Origin: Myxococcales bacterium
Lineage (GTDB): Bacteria; Myxococcota_A; Polyangia; Polyangiales; Polyangiaceae
Assembly: GCA_043747615.1 (NCBI GenBank)
Contig: JAYTOU010000099.1
Location: forward strand, 1 to 27,270
Length of the DNA: 27,270 bases
Direction: 5' to 3'
A program made the translations under genes and the position numbers. Of this stretch, positions 8,862 to 18,445 are shown piece after piece; within the stretch, counting starts at the first letter, position 1, and every line of letters starts with the position of its first letter. The notes beneath the pieces are model-generated. The model ran no database searches. It was given only the letters and a program-made list of their open reading frames with translations, and was not told the DNA's origin.

Positions 8862-10280
8862 TTGGCAGACGCAGAAGCGCGGATCGTCGGTAAATACTGC
8901 CTCTACGGCAAAATCGGGTCGGGCGGCATGGGGACGGTCTACCTCGCGCGCTTCTTCGCGCCCGGCGGCTTTCGCCGCATCGTCGCCATCAAGCAGCTCC
9001 ATCCGCAGTTCGCCGAAAACGTCGGCTTCGTGACAGCGTTTCTCGAGGAGGCGCGGCTCGCATCGCGCATTCATCATCCGAACGTGGTCGCGCCGCTCGA
9101 CGTCGTTGCCGAGAATGGTGAGGTCTCGCTCGTCTTCGAGCATGTGCTCGGGGTCTCGCTGTCGGTGCTTCTTTGGCGCGCGGATGAGCAGGGGGAATCC
9201 GTCCCGCTGCGGGTCGCCGCAAGCATCATGGTCAACGTTCTGCATGGCCTTCAGGCCGCGCACGAAGCCAAGGGGGACGACGGCGAAGCGCTGGGGCTCG
9301 TTCATCGCGACGTCTCTCCTCAGAACGTGCTCGTCGGGCGCGACGGCTCGGCGCGGCTGCTCGATTTCGGAATTGCGAAGGCCACCGGACGCTCGCAGAT
9401 CACCGACGAGGGTGTCGTGAAGGGGAAGCGGGGCTACATGGCACCGGAGCACCTGGTGAACGCCACCTCGCAAGCGAGTGACGTGTACTCGGCGGCGGTG
9501 GTCCTCTGGGAAATCGTCGCGGCAAGGCGTCTCTTCCCGGACGACAGCTCGATCACCGAGCGGCTCGCAGGCAACGCCGCCCCCATCCCGTCCGCCTTCG
9601 CGAAAGGGTCCGCTTCGGAAGCGGAAACGACGCTTCTCGCCGCGGTGGACTCCATCACGACCCGCGGGCTCGCCCATTCGACCCAGTCCAGGTTCTCGAG
9701 CGCCAACGAGATGGCCATCGCGCTCGAAGCCGTCGGAGTGGCCAGTCCGCGCGAGGTGAGCGCGTGGGTCGAGCGCATCGCTCGAGACGAGCTCGGGGAA
9801 CGCCGGAGGCTCGTCGAGCTCGCAGAGTCGTCGAACAGCATGCTTCCCAATCCGCCTTCGAGCACGACCTCGCCAACGGCCGAATCGACGCTCGCCCAGA
9901 GCTTTGCGCGACCGGAGACGCCCGAAAAAAAATCGCGTCGTGGTCTCCTTGGGCTGCTCGCGGTCTTGGTGCTGCTCGGCGCCGGCGCCTTGCTCGTCGT
10001 CGTTCGTCACGCACCGGGGGCCGCCATGACTTCGCCTCCACCGGCGCTCGCCGTCACCCAGGCGGCGCAGGGCGAAGGGGCACCCTCTGCCGTGAATTCA
10101 GCCGGATCCGTGATCAGTGCCGCCGATCTTGCCGGCGACGCCGGGCTGGCCGCGGCAGCCTCCGCCAAGGCGCATGCGAGCGCCGCGCATCCGCCGCAGA
10201 AGCGGAGCGGCGCCCCGTGCAAGCCATACGTCATTGACAAGGACGGACGAACGCAGTTCAACGAAGCGTGTTTGCGTTGA
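8862..10280 (+). CDS. Hanks-type Ser/Thr protein kinase with transmembrane helix (module 1)
   Basis: GSGGMG, VAIK, HRDVSPQN, DFG, YMAPE, DVYS; one TM helix; Ala/Pro-rich linker; C-terminal tail with two Cys. Confidence 0.96.
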   Translation: MADAEARIVGKYCLYGKIGSGGMGTVYLARFFAPGGFRRIVAIKQLHPQFAENVGFVTAFLEEARLASRIHHPNVVAPLDVVAENGEVSLVFEHVLGVSLSVLLWRADEQGESVPLRVAASIMVNVLHGLQAAHEAKGDDGEALGLVHRDVSPQNVLVGRDGSARLLDFGIAKATGRSQITDEGVVKGKRGYMAPEHLVNATSQASDVYSAAVVLWEIVAARRLFPDDSSITERLAGNAAPIPSAFAKGSASEAETTLLAAVDSITTRGLAHSTQSRFSSANEMAIALEAVGVASPREVSAWVERIARDELGERRRLVELAESSNSMLPNPPSSTTSPTAESTLAQSFARPETPEKKSRRGLLGLLAVLVLLGAGALLVVVRHAPGAAMTSPPPALAVTQAAQGEGAPSAVNSAGSVISAADLAGDAGLAAAASAKAHASAAHPPQKRSGAPCKPYVIDKDGRTQFNEACLR

Positions 10281-11137
10281 GATTTTGCGCGCCTTCGATC
10301 GTGGGTTCGCTCATGGTCGTCGTGCTCGCCTCGTCGTCTGCCCGAGCGGACGCGACGCACGACTGCGTCGAAGGCGCCAACGTCGGACAGCGTCTACGCG
10401 ACACCGGGAAGTTGAGCTCCGCGCGCGATTCGTTCGTTCGCTGCAGCGCCGAGGCTTGTCCTGTCGTCGTCCGCGAGAGCTGCCAGAGGTGGTCCGCCGA
10501 GGTCGAGACCCGCTTGCCGTCGATCACGCCCGGCGCCAAGGACGACACCGGCAACGATCTCGCGGACGTTTGCCTGTCGATCGACGGGGTGGTCGTTCTT
10601 CGCACGCTCGACGGTCGATCGATCGCGGTCGACCCAGGGCCCCACGAGCTGCTCTTCGAGGCGAGCGGATTCACCCCACTCCGGCAATCGCTGATCGTGC
10701 GGGAGGGAGAAAAAGCCCGACCGGTGATCACCACGTTGACCCACGCGCGCGGGTTGCCCGCCGCGGTCTCCGGCGACCCGCGCGCTCCCAGGCGGGACCT
10801 CACCCCGCTCCTGATCACCGGCGGCATCGCCGTCGTCGGCCTCGCCGGCTTCACGATTTTCGGACTGTGGGGAAAGAGCGAGCATGACAAGCTCGCGAGC
10901 ACCTGCGCCCCGAGCGAGACCTGCCCGTCCGGGGAGGTAAGCGCCGCGCGCACGAAGTGGATCGTCGCCGATGTCTCGCTCGCCGCGTCCGTCATCGGCG
11001 CAGGGCTCTTCACTGCATTCGTCTTCGCCCCGCTTTTCAAAGGGGTTTCGTCGTCGAGGCAGAGCGTGAGTCCGGCGTCGGTCGCCTTCGCTCCGACGAG
11101 AGACGGCGCATTCGGCACCCTCCGATGGTCGTACTGA
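10268..11137 (+). CDS. secreted Cys-rich PEGA-like protein (module 1)
   Basis: Signal peptide (SARA), helical Cys-rich N-domain, PEGA-like IDG...VDPGPHEL segment, two hydrophobic helices around a Cys loop, and a beta-strand end with a terminal aromatic residue (LRWSY). Confidence 0.85.
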   Translation: MFALRFCAPSIVGSLMVVVLASSSARADATHDCVEGANVGQRLRDTGKLSSARDSFVRCSAEACPVVVRESCQRWSAEVETRLPSITPGAKDDTGNDLADVCLSIDGVVVLRTLDGRSIAVDPGPHELLFEASGFTPLRQSLIVREGEKARPVITTLTHARGLPAAVSGDPRAPRRDLTPLLITGGIAVVGLAGFTIFGLWGKSEHDKLASTCAPSETCPSGEVSAARTKWIVADVSLAASVIGAGLFTAFVFAPLFKGVSSSRQSVSPASVAFAPTRDGAFGTLRWSY

Positions 11138-11141
11138 AGAT

Positions 11142-12419
11142 CTATTTGCGGCGTGGGCGTGGGAGGCCGAGCTTGTCCATCCGGTAGGCCAGCATGCGCG
11201 GGGTGATGCCGAGGGCCTTCGCCGCCGCCGCCTGGTTTCCCCCCGCTTTTCCGAGCTCGCTCACGATCCGCCCTTTTTCGCCGTGCTCGCCGCCAGCCTC
11301 GGTCTCGTCGGGAAGCGACGGCCGCTTCGGGCGTGCGGCCTCGCTCAGCGCGGGATCGAAATCGACGTGCTCGGCCTTCACCCGGTCCCCGTCGCACAGA
11401 AGCGCCACCCGATCGATTGCGTTGCGAAGCTCGCGCACGTTGCCGGGCCAGCGGTAGCTCTCGAGGAGCACGCTCGCTCCCTCGCTCACCGCGGGGACCC
11501 GCCGACCGCCGCGCGCGCACGCCTGAGCAAGAAAATTCGACACGAGCGCTTTGATCTCTCCGCGGCGCTCGCGGAGCGGCGGGATGACCAAGGTGTAACC
11601 GTTCAGACGAAAGAGGAGATCCTCCCGAAATTTTCCGAGCGCCGCCATGGTGCGCAGATCGCGGTGCGTCGCCGAGATGAAGCGGACGTCGATCGGCCTG
11701 GCTCGCAGCGCGCCGAGCCGCCTCACTTCGCGACTCTCGAGGACGCGAAGAAGCTTCGGCTGCGTGCTCTCGGCCATCTCGCCGAGCTCGTCGAGGAGAA
11801 ACGTGCCGCCCTGCGCCGACTCGATCAGTCCGGCCTTGGCTTGGACTGCGCCGGTGAACGCCCCTTTTTCGTGACCGAAGAGCTCGCTTTCGAGAAGGGT
11901 CGGAACGAGGCCAGCGCAGTTGATCCGGACGAGTGGGCCGGGCCTTCCGGAGCGCGCGTGAATCTCCTCGGTGAGCACCTCTTTGCCGACGCCGGTCTCG
12001 CCCAGCAAGATCAAGCTGACCGGGCTCGCGGCGACCTTCTCTACCAAGCGTCGGACCTCGACCATCGGTGAGGGGATGGTGTTTTCCTTCACGCGAACAA
12101 CGAGGCGCACCGAGCCGACTTTGAGCATCGAGCCGACCGCGAGCGGCATTCGACCTTTGACCCGTTGTCCGTCGACGAAGCTTCCGTTCGCGCTGCCGAG
12201 ATCCTCGACGTCCATTCCGCGTTCACCGACGGTGAGCCGGACGTGCGCCCGCGACACCGACGCGTGATGAATATGTATATTACATGCTTCGCTTCGCCCG
12301 ATGACGAGGGACGGGCTCGAGAGCTCGAAACGCAGAACGCTTTCCTCCCAGCATGCCACGAGCTCGCGGGCGCTCCTGGGGCCGCTCAACGAGGTCGTCG
12401 TCGCTTCGCTTTCGCTCAT
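11142..12419 (-). CDS. FHA-domain sigma54-dependent enhancer-binding protein (module 1)
   Basis: FHA (GRS...VSRAH...DLGSANG), Walker A GETGVGKE, ESELFGHEKGAFTGA, Walker B LLDE, WPGNVREL, Fis-type HTH. Confidence 0.96.
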   Translation of the reverse strand: MSESEATTTSLSGPRSARELVACWEESVLRFELSSPSLVIGRSEACNIHIHHASVSRAHVRLTVGERGMDVEDLGSANGSFVDGQRVKGRMPLAVGSMLKVGSVRLVVRVKENTIPSPMVEVRRLVEKVAASPVSLILLGETGVGKEVLTEEIHARSGRPGPLVRINCAGLVPTLLESELFGHEKGAFTGAVQAKAGLIESAQGGTFLLDELGEMAESTQPKLLRVLESREVRRLGALRARPIDVRFISATHRDLRTMAALGKFREDLLFRLNGYTLVIPPLRERRGEIKALVSNFLAQACARGGRRVPAVSEGASVLLESYRWPGNVRELRNAIDRVALLCDGDRVKAEHVDFDPALSEAARPKRPSLPDETEAGGEHGEKGRIVSELGKAGGNQAAAAKALGITPRMLAYRMDKLGLPRPRRK

Positions 12420-12431
12420 CTCGAGGGGCAG

Positions 12432-12441
12432 AGTGTACGTT
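12432..12441. promoter_or_regulatory. overlapping divergent -10 hexamers
   Basis: AGTGTACGTT gives TACACT on the minus strand (12 nt before the EBP ATG) and TACGTT on the plus strand (6 nt before ATG 12448), in a 28-bp intergenic gap. Confidence 0.5.
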
Positions 12442-12447
12442 ATCGGG

Positions 12448-13287
12448 ATGCGTCGGAGTCAAAGACCGCGAAAACTCTGCCTGGCGTGGTCGTCCGTGGT
12501 GGTGGCCGTCGCTCTCCCCGCCTGCGCATTCTGGGAGCTCGACGACTGGAGCGCGCATGTCGCAGACGCGGGAGTCGCCGATGGCGGCAGCGGCCCGGAC
12601 ACATCGGCTCCTCCCCCCTTCTGCGCGAGCGTCGGCGCTGCCTCTCTCTTCTGCGACGATTTCGATACCGATGGCGCGGTCTGGAACAGCACCCAGACCT
12701 GCCTCACGTGCTCGTACGGCACCGGCGTTCCAGACGGCGAAGCGGCACCGTCGCCACCGAACGTGCTCTTCGTCGACGCGCCGGCGGGAGAGGCAAACCC
12801 CTCCGCCTATCGCCAGAACAGCCTCGTGGGCGACTACCCTTCGATCACGGGTGAGTTCTGGGGCTACGTCGAACGAGCGGCCGCCAACGGTCAGGCGGCG
12901 TTCCAGGAGCTGGCCTACGTCGTCGACGCTGGAGACTCCATTCGCGTTCGCATCTTCGTCGAGCGGTCGTCCATCTATCTCGGCACCGCGGTGAACGCGA
13001 CCAGTCTCTCGGGCGTGACCTACACCGACGTCGCCTCGGCCGCCTTCGAGCAGCGAATGTGGCATCACGTCAGCTACACGCTCGCCACGAGCGGAACTAC
13101 CCGCACGATCTCCTGGACGGTGGACGGAGTCGTGAAGGTCAGCGCACTACCGATCCAGGACGCCGACCATGTCGTCGGACGAGCGACCCGGGTCGATCTT
13201 CGGAGCGGCATCTTCTACATCGGCGACCACGCCACCGACGGAGGCACGCGCGTTAGGATGGACAACGTCCGACTCGTCGCGGCGTGA
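12448..13287 (+). CDS. lipoprotein, probable concanavalin/LamG-like beta-sandwich (module 1)
   Basis: MRRSQRPRK...LPA-C lipobox; FCDDFD, WHHV, WTVDG and terminal RMDNVRL motifs. Confidence 0.8.
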   Translation: MRRSQRPRKLCLAWSSVVVAVALPACAFWELDDWSAHVADAGVADGGSGPDTSAPPPFCASVGAASLFCDDFDTDGAVWNSTQTCLTCSYGTGVPDGEAAPSPPNVLFVDAPAGEANPSAYRQNSLVGDYPSITGEFWGYVERAAANGQAAFQELAYVVDAGDSIRVRIFVERSSIYLGTAVNATSLSGVTYTDVASAAFEQRMWHHVSYTLATSGTTRTISWTVDGVVKVSALPIQDADHVVGRATRVDLRSGIFYIGDHATDGGTRVRMDNVRLVAA

Positions 13288-13294
13288 AGCGTCC

Positions 13295-15646
13295 TCACTG
13301 AAAGGCGTGGGTGAGCGTTTCCCAGGCGAGCTGAAGGTTCGTGTAGCCGCCCACGTTTGCTCGCATGAAGGTGATCGTCTCGGCCGTCTGCGGCATCGCG
13401 ATGTGCTTCCGGCCGTTGTAGTGGTTGTAAGCTACCTCCCACGTCGGCAAGACACTCACCTTGAGTGACCCGCCGCACAGCCAGGGTTCGACCGCCACGG
13501 TCTGACCCGCGCCGGCGTGCGGATAGAGATTCTCCAGGCGTGCGATGTATTCATGCGAGGCAAGGATCCGGGCCTGCTCTTCGCCGTAGAGGTCGTCGGT
13601 TCCCTGGATGTGCACGGTTTCAGCGGCGTAGACGGTCGATGCGAGGCTGAACTGGGTATGCCCGAATCGCGGCAGGTCTCCTGGGTAATGCCGTTCGTGC
13701 GCGCGGTGTCGAACTCCGTTTGCCCGTACCACTGGCTCACCATGGCCGCCGTCGAGTTCCAGCCGCCACTCGCGTTGGCTTCGTTCGAGAGCGGCAGCGG
13801 AAACGCGCCGTCGCTCAGGTTGTAGAAGTCCTGCTTCACGTGCGAACGCCACTGCGCGATGCCGTTCTCGTAGGTCGTCTTGTCGTCGTTGTAGACGCCG
13901 ATGCTGATCGTCCCATTGGCCATCGACAGATTCCAGTTGGCGTTACCGTTCCACCCTTCGATGATCCGCGGCAAGATCGCGCCGTTCAGCATTGCTCCGA
14001 ATTTCGCGGCGTCCGCGCTCGACCAGCCGCTGCCGGAATGGCGCAAGATTTCAGCCGATCGCGGGAAGGACTCGGAGAGCCACGCGGCCTCGAGCGGCCC
14101 CTGGAAGGTGGTGTTGTCCGTTCTGTCGAAGGCGATGGTCTTCAGCTCCGACCACGCGTTCAAGATGGCGATGGCGTAGTCGGCGTAGCGTTGATCGCCG
14201 GTGTAGTACCAGATGAGCGCCTGGGTGTAGGCGGCGACGGCATCGTAGCCGGCCTGGCTGCAGCCGATGTCGAGCGTGCTGCCGCTGCTGCCGCACTGCA
14301 TGTTCACGACGGGGACGGCTTTGTACGTGAGCTGTCCGACGCGACTGCTCTTCGCCTTCGCGAGCAACGTCGTCCAGGGGGCCTCGTTTGCGGCGATCTT
14401 CGCCTTCACGAAGTCGAGCTGCGACTTGCTCTCCATGATCCCGGGGTGCACGAAGCTGGTCGGCACGGGGATCACCGTTTCCGGGAAGAGCTGGTGCGCC
14501 GGAATGACCTCCTTCGCCTGGCTGGTCGACGCCCACGATAGCTTTGCCACCGCGCCGCCGGTGCTGTCGTAGTACTCGACCTTGATGTCGTATTTCTTTC
14601 CGGCGGTCAGCGCGATCGTTCCGCTGTCTTCGGTGGACGCATGGTTCGTCCAGTCGTTGATGACCTCCACGCCGTTGACCCAGACCCGAACGCCGTCATC
14701 GCTCGACGTGTAGAACGTGTACGTCTGTGAGTAGAGGGGCAGCACTTGGCCGCTCCAGCGAACGCTGAAGAGATCGGCCGGAACCCCTGTCGCTGGGCTT
14801 CCGCTCCAGGAAAAATTCACGGTCGCGTCGGTGCGCGAAGTGACGAGCGTCGCGAGAGCCGTACCCGAGTGGTAGTCCCCTCGGAGGCCAGTTCCGTTTC
14901 TGGGCGCAGGCGCGGTCGGAGCCGTGTACGCGATCGAGAGCTTCGGTCGATTCGCAGGCGTCGTCGCGTTCGAAGAGTCGACGACCAGGCCGTCAGGGTC
15001 GCTCGCCGTATCGATGACCATGCCGAAATTCTTGGCCGGATTTGCGACCCAGCTCGCGATCGCGGCGAGCCCTGCGGCGTTCAAGGTCACCGCCGTGCTC
15101 CCGGTCGCCGCGGGGGCGAGGGTGCCGATCGGGCTCGCCCCGCGATCGGTCGTGCCGCGCGCGCCGGCCGACGCCCACGCGCTGCCCGTGGTCGACGAAT
15201 TCCAGGTCGCCTGCGTCGCCGACCAGGCCCGCGCCAGCGGATAGAGAAGGTATCCCGCGCCCGACGTGCGGTTCGTGACGTTGGCGGTCAAGGTCGCCGA
15301 GGTGATCGTGCTGCCGGCGGGGATTGCGCTCAGATCAAAGCGCAGCAACCCTTCGACGCTCTTGTGGGTGCCGGTGGGAAAATCGAAATCCGCGTGGAGC
15401 GAGACGTCCGCCCCATCGGCGGTCGTCGGCGTCGCCTCTTCGATGTTCGCAATCGGTCGTCCCGGCATAGCTCGCGGTCGGCGAGACGCCGTTCTGGAAC
15501 GACACCGTCGCCGCCGACCCGAGCGCGCTCTCGTCCGCCGGATTCTGGTCTTCGGTTTTGTCCGTCGATGCGGAGCAAGCGACAACCGCCGAAGCAAGCG
15601 CTCCGATGCCGACAACCGCGAACAGTCTTTCCGTCGGAGCTCTCAT
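13295..15646 (-). CDS. lipoprotein with DNRLRE-type domain, PA14 domain and alginate-lyase-family domain; two frameshifts
   Basis: Lipobox VVA-C; VSFQNG..P...Y.GT.D and LLRFDLS.IP.GSTITSATL; PA14 (FSVRWSGQV, SDDGVRVWVNG, IKVEYY); lyase-like FVHPG, NANW, QETCRD/FGHTQ. One extra base near 15451 and one missing base near 13665. Confidence 0.85.
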
Positions 15647-15679
15647 GAGGCGTCCCTTTCGCTGCATCGGAACCTCATT

Positions 15680-15695
15680 TGCAATCCGCGGGCCA
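15680..15695 (-). promoter_or_regulatory. sigma54 -24/-12 promoter of the lyase gene
   Basis: Minus strand TGGCCCG-CGGA-TTGCA, GG-N10-GC, 33 nt before ATG 15646. Confidence 0.75.
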
Positions 15696-15745
15696 TCTGT
15701 CTGCCGCTGATTCGCGTTGTTTTTTTCGCTTGAAATCAACGCCAA

Positions 15746-15781
15746 TGTCGTCGAGCGACAAAGGCGCGTCCCTTGGCGACC
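15746..15781. promoter_or_regulatory. putative enhancer (two palindromic sites 21 bp apart)
   Basis: TGTCG-N5-CGACA (15746-15760) and degenerate CGTCC-N5-CGACC (15767-15781), separated from the promoter by an A/T tract. Confidence 0.5.
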
Positions 15782-16214
15782 CTACCACGTGAACCTGCGA
15801 AAGGCGGCTACCGTCGCGTGGTCGGTAGTCGGGGTCGAACTGCGTCCCCGTTTCCGCGCCGATGTAGCCGAAGCGCGTATTGAAGGAGCGAACGCTCAAG
15901 GTCGTCTCCACCTTTGGGACTCCTTCGCTGGCTCGGTGAACTGAGCATTTCAACGATCGCTTTTGCGTAAGCGGGATTCCGTCTTCCAAATCAAGGGCGC
16001 GTTCCTGAAGCTTGCCGCCGCAAATCGCTGCTCGAGCAACGAGAGCCCTAGCGCTTGCCGAAGGACGCTGCGAGCACGAGCTGGAACACTTTTGACGCTC
16101 GCCTCCGAAACTTCGGCAAGAAGCAGGTCGGTGGCCTTTGCGACGACGGGAGGATCGAGCGAACACTTCGCCCGTGTGCGGATTGAGCGCCGCCAAAGAG
16201 AATGCATCTTCTGA

Positions 16215-16377
16215 AGAGCGGCGCGCATCACTACGCGGTCTTCACGGACAGCGATCCGTTACCGGCGAACCCGTCGTCTTCCAGCTTCACGTCATCAACA
16301 TGGGCGCGGGACCAGTCAGCATCGACAGCGCCTCGGTGAATCTTCTCGGCACCGGCTGCGCGGCGCCGTCGACCTGA
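16215..16377 (+). pseudogene. possible orphan 3' gene fragment
   Basis: VTGEPVVFQLHVINMGAGPVSIDSASVNLLGTGCAAPST* looks protein-like but has no credible start. Confidence 0.3.
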
Positions 16378-16489
16378 AGAACATACTTGCCGTCTTCCCG
16401 CACGTGCACACGCTCGGCACGCACATCTCAGCGACAAGACATTCGGAGACACGATCTCGACCGCGTCGCTCTGGGCCGCCAGGGTCGGG

Positions 16490-16807
16490 TCACGGAACAC
16501 GCACCCGACGCCGGTGCCGCGCGACGACCCAAACGACCCACCCGCCGCCGACGAGCATCGCGACGACGACGGCCAGCATGGCTTCCACGATGAGCAACCC
16601 GACCCCCGCGAACCCCGCCGCGAACTCCGCGCGGTACGTGGGGTAGTCACACGGGTGCGCTGCGATGTCCGGCGCGTGCGGACCGCAGACGCCGTGGTAC
16701 GCGGCCAGGTGCTGCCAATACGCGGCAAGATGAAGGAGGAGCGGCGCGGCGACCACGAGCGCGATCGATGCCGCGACCCAGAGGCCAAGAGCCTTACTCA
16801 AAGCCAC
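16490..16807 (-). CDS. small two-TM membrane protein
   Basis: GAAGGA precedes GTG. Two hydrophobic helices flank a C-x10-C loop, followed by a basic tail. Confidence 0.75.
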   Translation of the reverse strand: MALSKALGLWVAASIALVVAAPLLLHLAAYWQHLAAYHGVCGPHAPDIAAHPCDYPTYRAEFAAGFAGVGLLIVEAMLAVVVAMLVGGGWVVWVVARHRRRVRVP

Positions 16808-17165
16808 GCTTCCTTCGTAGCAGACCCTGTCGGAGCCTTCCTCTGTCTTTTCGAAATCAAAAGGCCGGGGGCTAAGCGGCGCGGTTGGCTACGCCGGAGT
16901 GCGGGCGGGCGGTGACGATTCATTCGCGTTGTGCCGTGCCGTTGCGCACGTACTCGTAGTCAAAACGCGCGCGTCTGCCAGGCTTCGCGACGCCGAGCTC
17001 CGACCGCAATCGATCGCTACCCTGTGTCGAGGCACTGGTCCAAAGTGTCTCGAGCCAAGCCGGATCGCCTCACGTCTGCAGGACGGGCGCTCAGCACGTT
17101 CGCCAACGGCGTAACGTCGAGGTGACCGCACGCTGGAAAAACGCAGCGTCACCCCGTGTTGAGCC

Positions 17166-17498
17166 CTACTCGTCGAGCAGCCCCGCCTTCTTCACCAGCT
17201 CACCCACTTGCTTCGCTCCGAGGCCAGCGGCTTTGCCGATCTTCTTCAGCGTCTCCGCTTCTTTCTTGTCCACGCCGTTGGTCGCCCGGGCGATGAACGC
17301 GGCAAAGAGAATTCCCGCCTCCGCCTGTCCGAGCTCCTTCAGCGCGCCGCCGACCGCCTGCGCGCGCGCCTCCACGCCTTCTTTGGTGACCTTCGCCGCG
17401 CACTCCTCGATGAGCGTGCTCGCCTCCCACTCGATGACCGCGCCCTTGGAGAGCAGATCGATCGCGCGCACGATGGTCGTGATCTCGCCTTCGTCCGT
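17166..17498 (-). pseudogene. 5'-truncated TerB-like protein
   Basis: DEGEITTIVRAI...FAAFIARATNGVDKKEAETLKKIGKAAGL resembles the TerB-like pattern. There is no good start; the upstream sequence reads as a different gene on the plus strand. Confidence 0.55.
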
Positions 17499-17688
17499 CG
17501 GACTCGGGTTCCTGACCGTGTCCGGCGCTGCTTGCGGCAAGAAGGAGCCGGTTCATACGAACGGGCCGCCGTTCGAACCGGTCCACGTGAACGGACCGCC
17601 GGTCCATCCGCCGATCGCACCGAGCGTAGCGCCAACGCCGTCGACCGCGCCCGCTGGCAGCTCGGCGCCGATCCCGCGCGCACGATGA
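17497..17688 (+). pseudogene. 5'-truncated small lipoprotein fragment
   Basis: VGLGFLTVSGAA-CGKK followed by the repeat EPVHTNGPP/EPVHVNGPP and a Pro-rich tail; no start codon. Confidence 0.45.
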
Positions 17689-17818
17689 CGCGCTACATTC
17701 CAGTCACTGGAATATTTCTCCATTTACCGCAGCAGCCCGTGCCTCCGTACAACGGGCAGCGCCCTCCGCAGCGCTGATCGACGCGCCTCGCCGCGACGAG
17801 CGTGTGCTAAACGGCCCC

Positions 17819-18445
17819 ATGGTCGGTCGGCTCGGCGTGGTGGCGTTGGTTTTCATCTCCTGCGGGCCCCCGCGCGCCGATGCCGTCGCGCTCTCGGACG
17901 TACCCGCGACCGCACCCTTGTCGCAATCGCCGTCTCACTCCGGTTCGTCTGCGCCGCCCCCGGCGATCGCGAGCCTCGCCGGATATATCGCGAAGGTGCG
18001 CGTCGGCAATCAGGTGGCGCTCAACACGGCGGCCTTACCGTTCGCAAAATACCTGATCGCGATCCACAACCGCGTTCATCCCATCTTCGCGGACTCTTTT
18101 TTGAGCGCGCTCGACAGGCTCCCGGCGACGCACCCCCTCAACGATCCCAAGCTCATCACGCGCTTGGAAATCGTGATCGGGCGCGACGGAATGATCGTGT
18201 CGATGGGCATCGTGAAGTCGAGCGGCCTCACGGCCTTCGATGCGGCGGCCCTCGACACGTTTGGGCGCGCGCAGCCCTTCGGCGCACCGCCGGATGCGAT
18301 CCTTTCGCCGGACGGAAACACGTACTTCCACTGGGAGCTGCATCGCAACGAGGTCTTCGCCTGCTCCACGATGAACGCGCGCCCGTTTCTTCTCCGCGAC
18401 CTGCCGAGGCCCGCCAATCAAGACGCGGGGGTCCTTCAGCTGTGA
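17819..18445 (+). CDS. TonB C-terminal domain-like lipoprotein
   Basis: Lipobox-like FIS-C; LEIVIGRDG.IV...IVKSSGLTAFDAAALDTFGRAQPFGAPP fits the TonB/TolA C-terminal pattern. Confidence 0.8.
   Translation: MVGRLGVVALVFISCGPPRADAVALSDVPATAPLSQSPSHSGSSAPPPAIASLAGYIAKVRVGNQVALNTAALPFAKYLIAIHNRVHPIFADSFLSALDRLPATHPLNDPKLITRLEIVIGRDGMIVSMGIVKSSGLTAFDAAALDTFGRAQPFGAPPDAILSPDGNTYFHWELHRNEVFACSTMNARPFLLRDLPRPANQDAGVLQL

Noticed and set aside
8079..10010. 643-aa minus-strand ORF and similar long ORFs (3743-4855, 18573-20042, 21049-22917, 22749-23699)
   Set aside because: These are antisense or alternative-frame shadows of well-supported genes in GC-rich DNA, with Arg-rich composition and no motifs.
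15782..16214. Short ORFs on both strands in a slightly lower-GC stretch
   Set aside because: No recognisable motif, start signal or consistent frame. It may be degraded coding DNA but cannot be supported.
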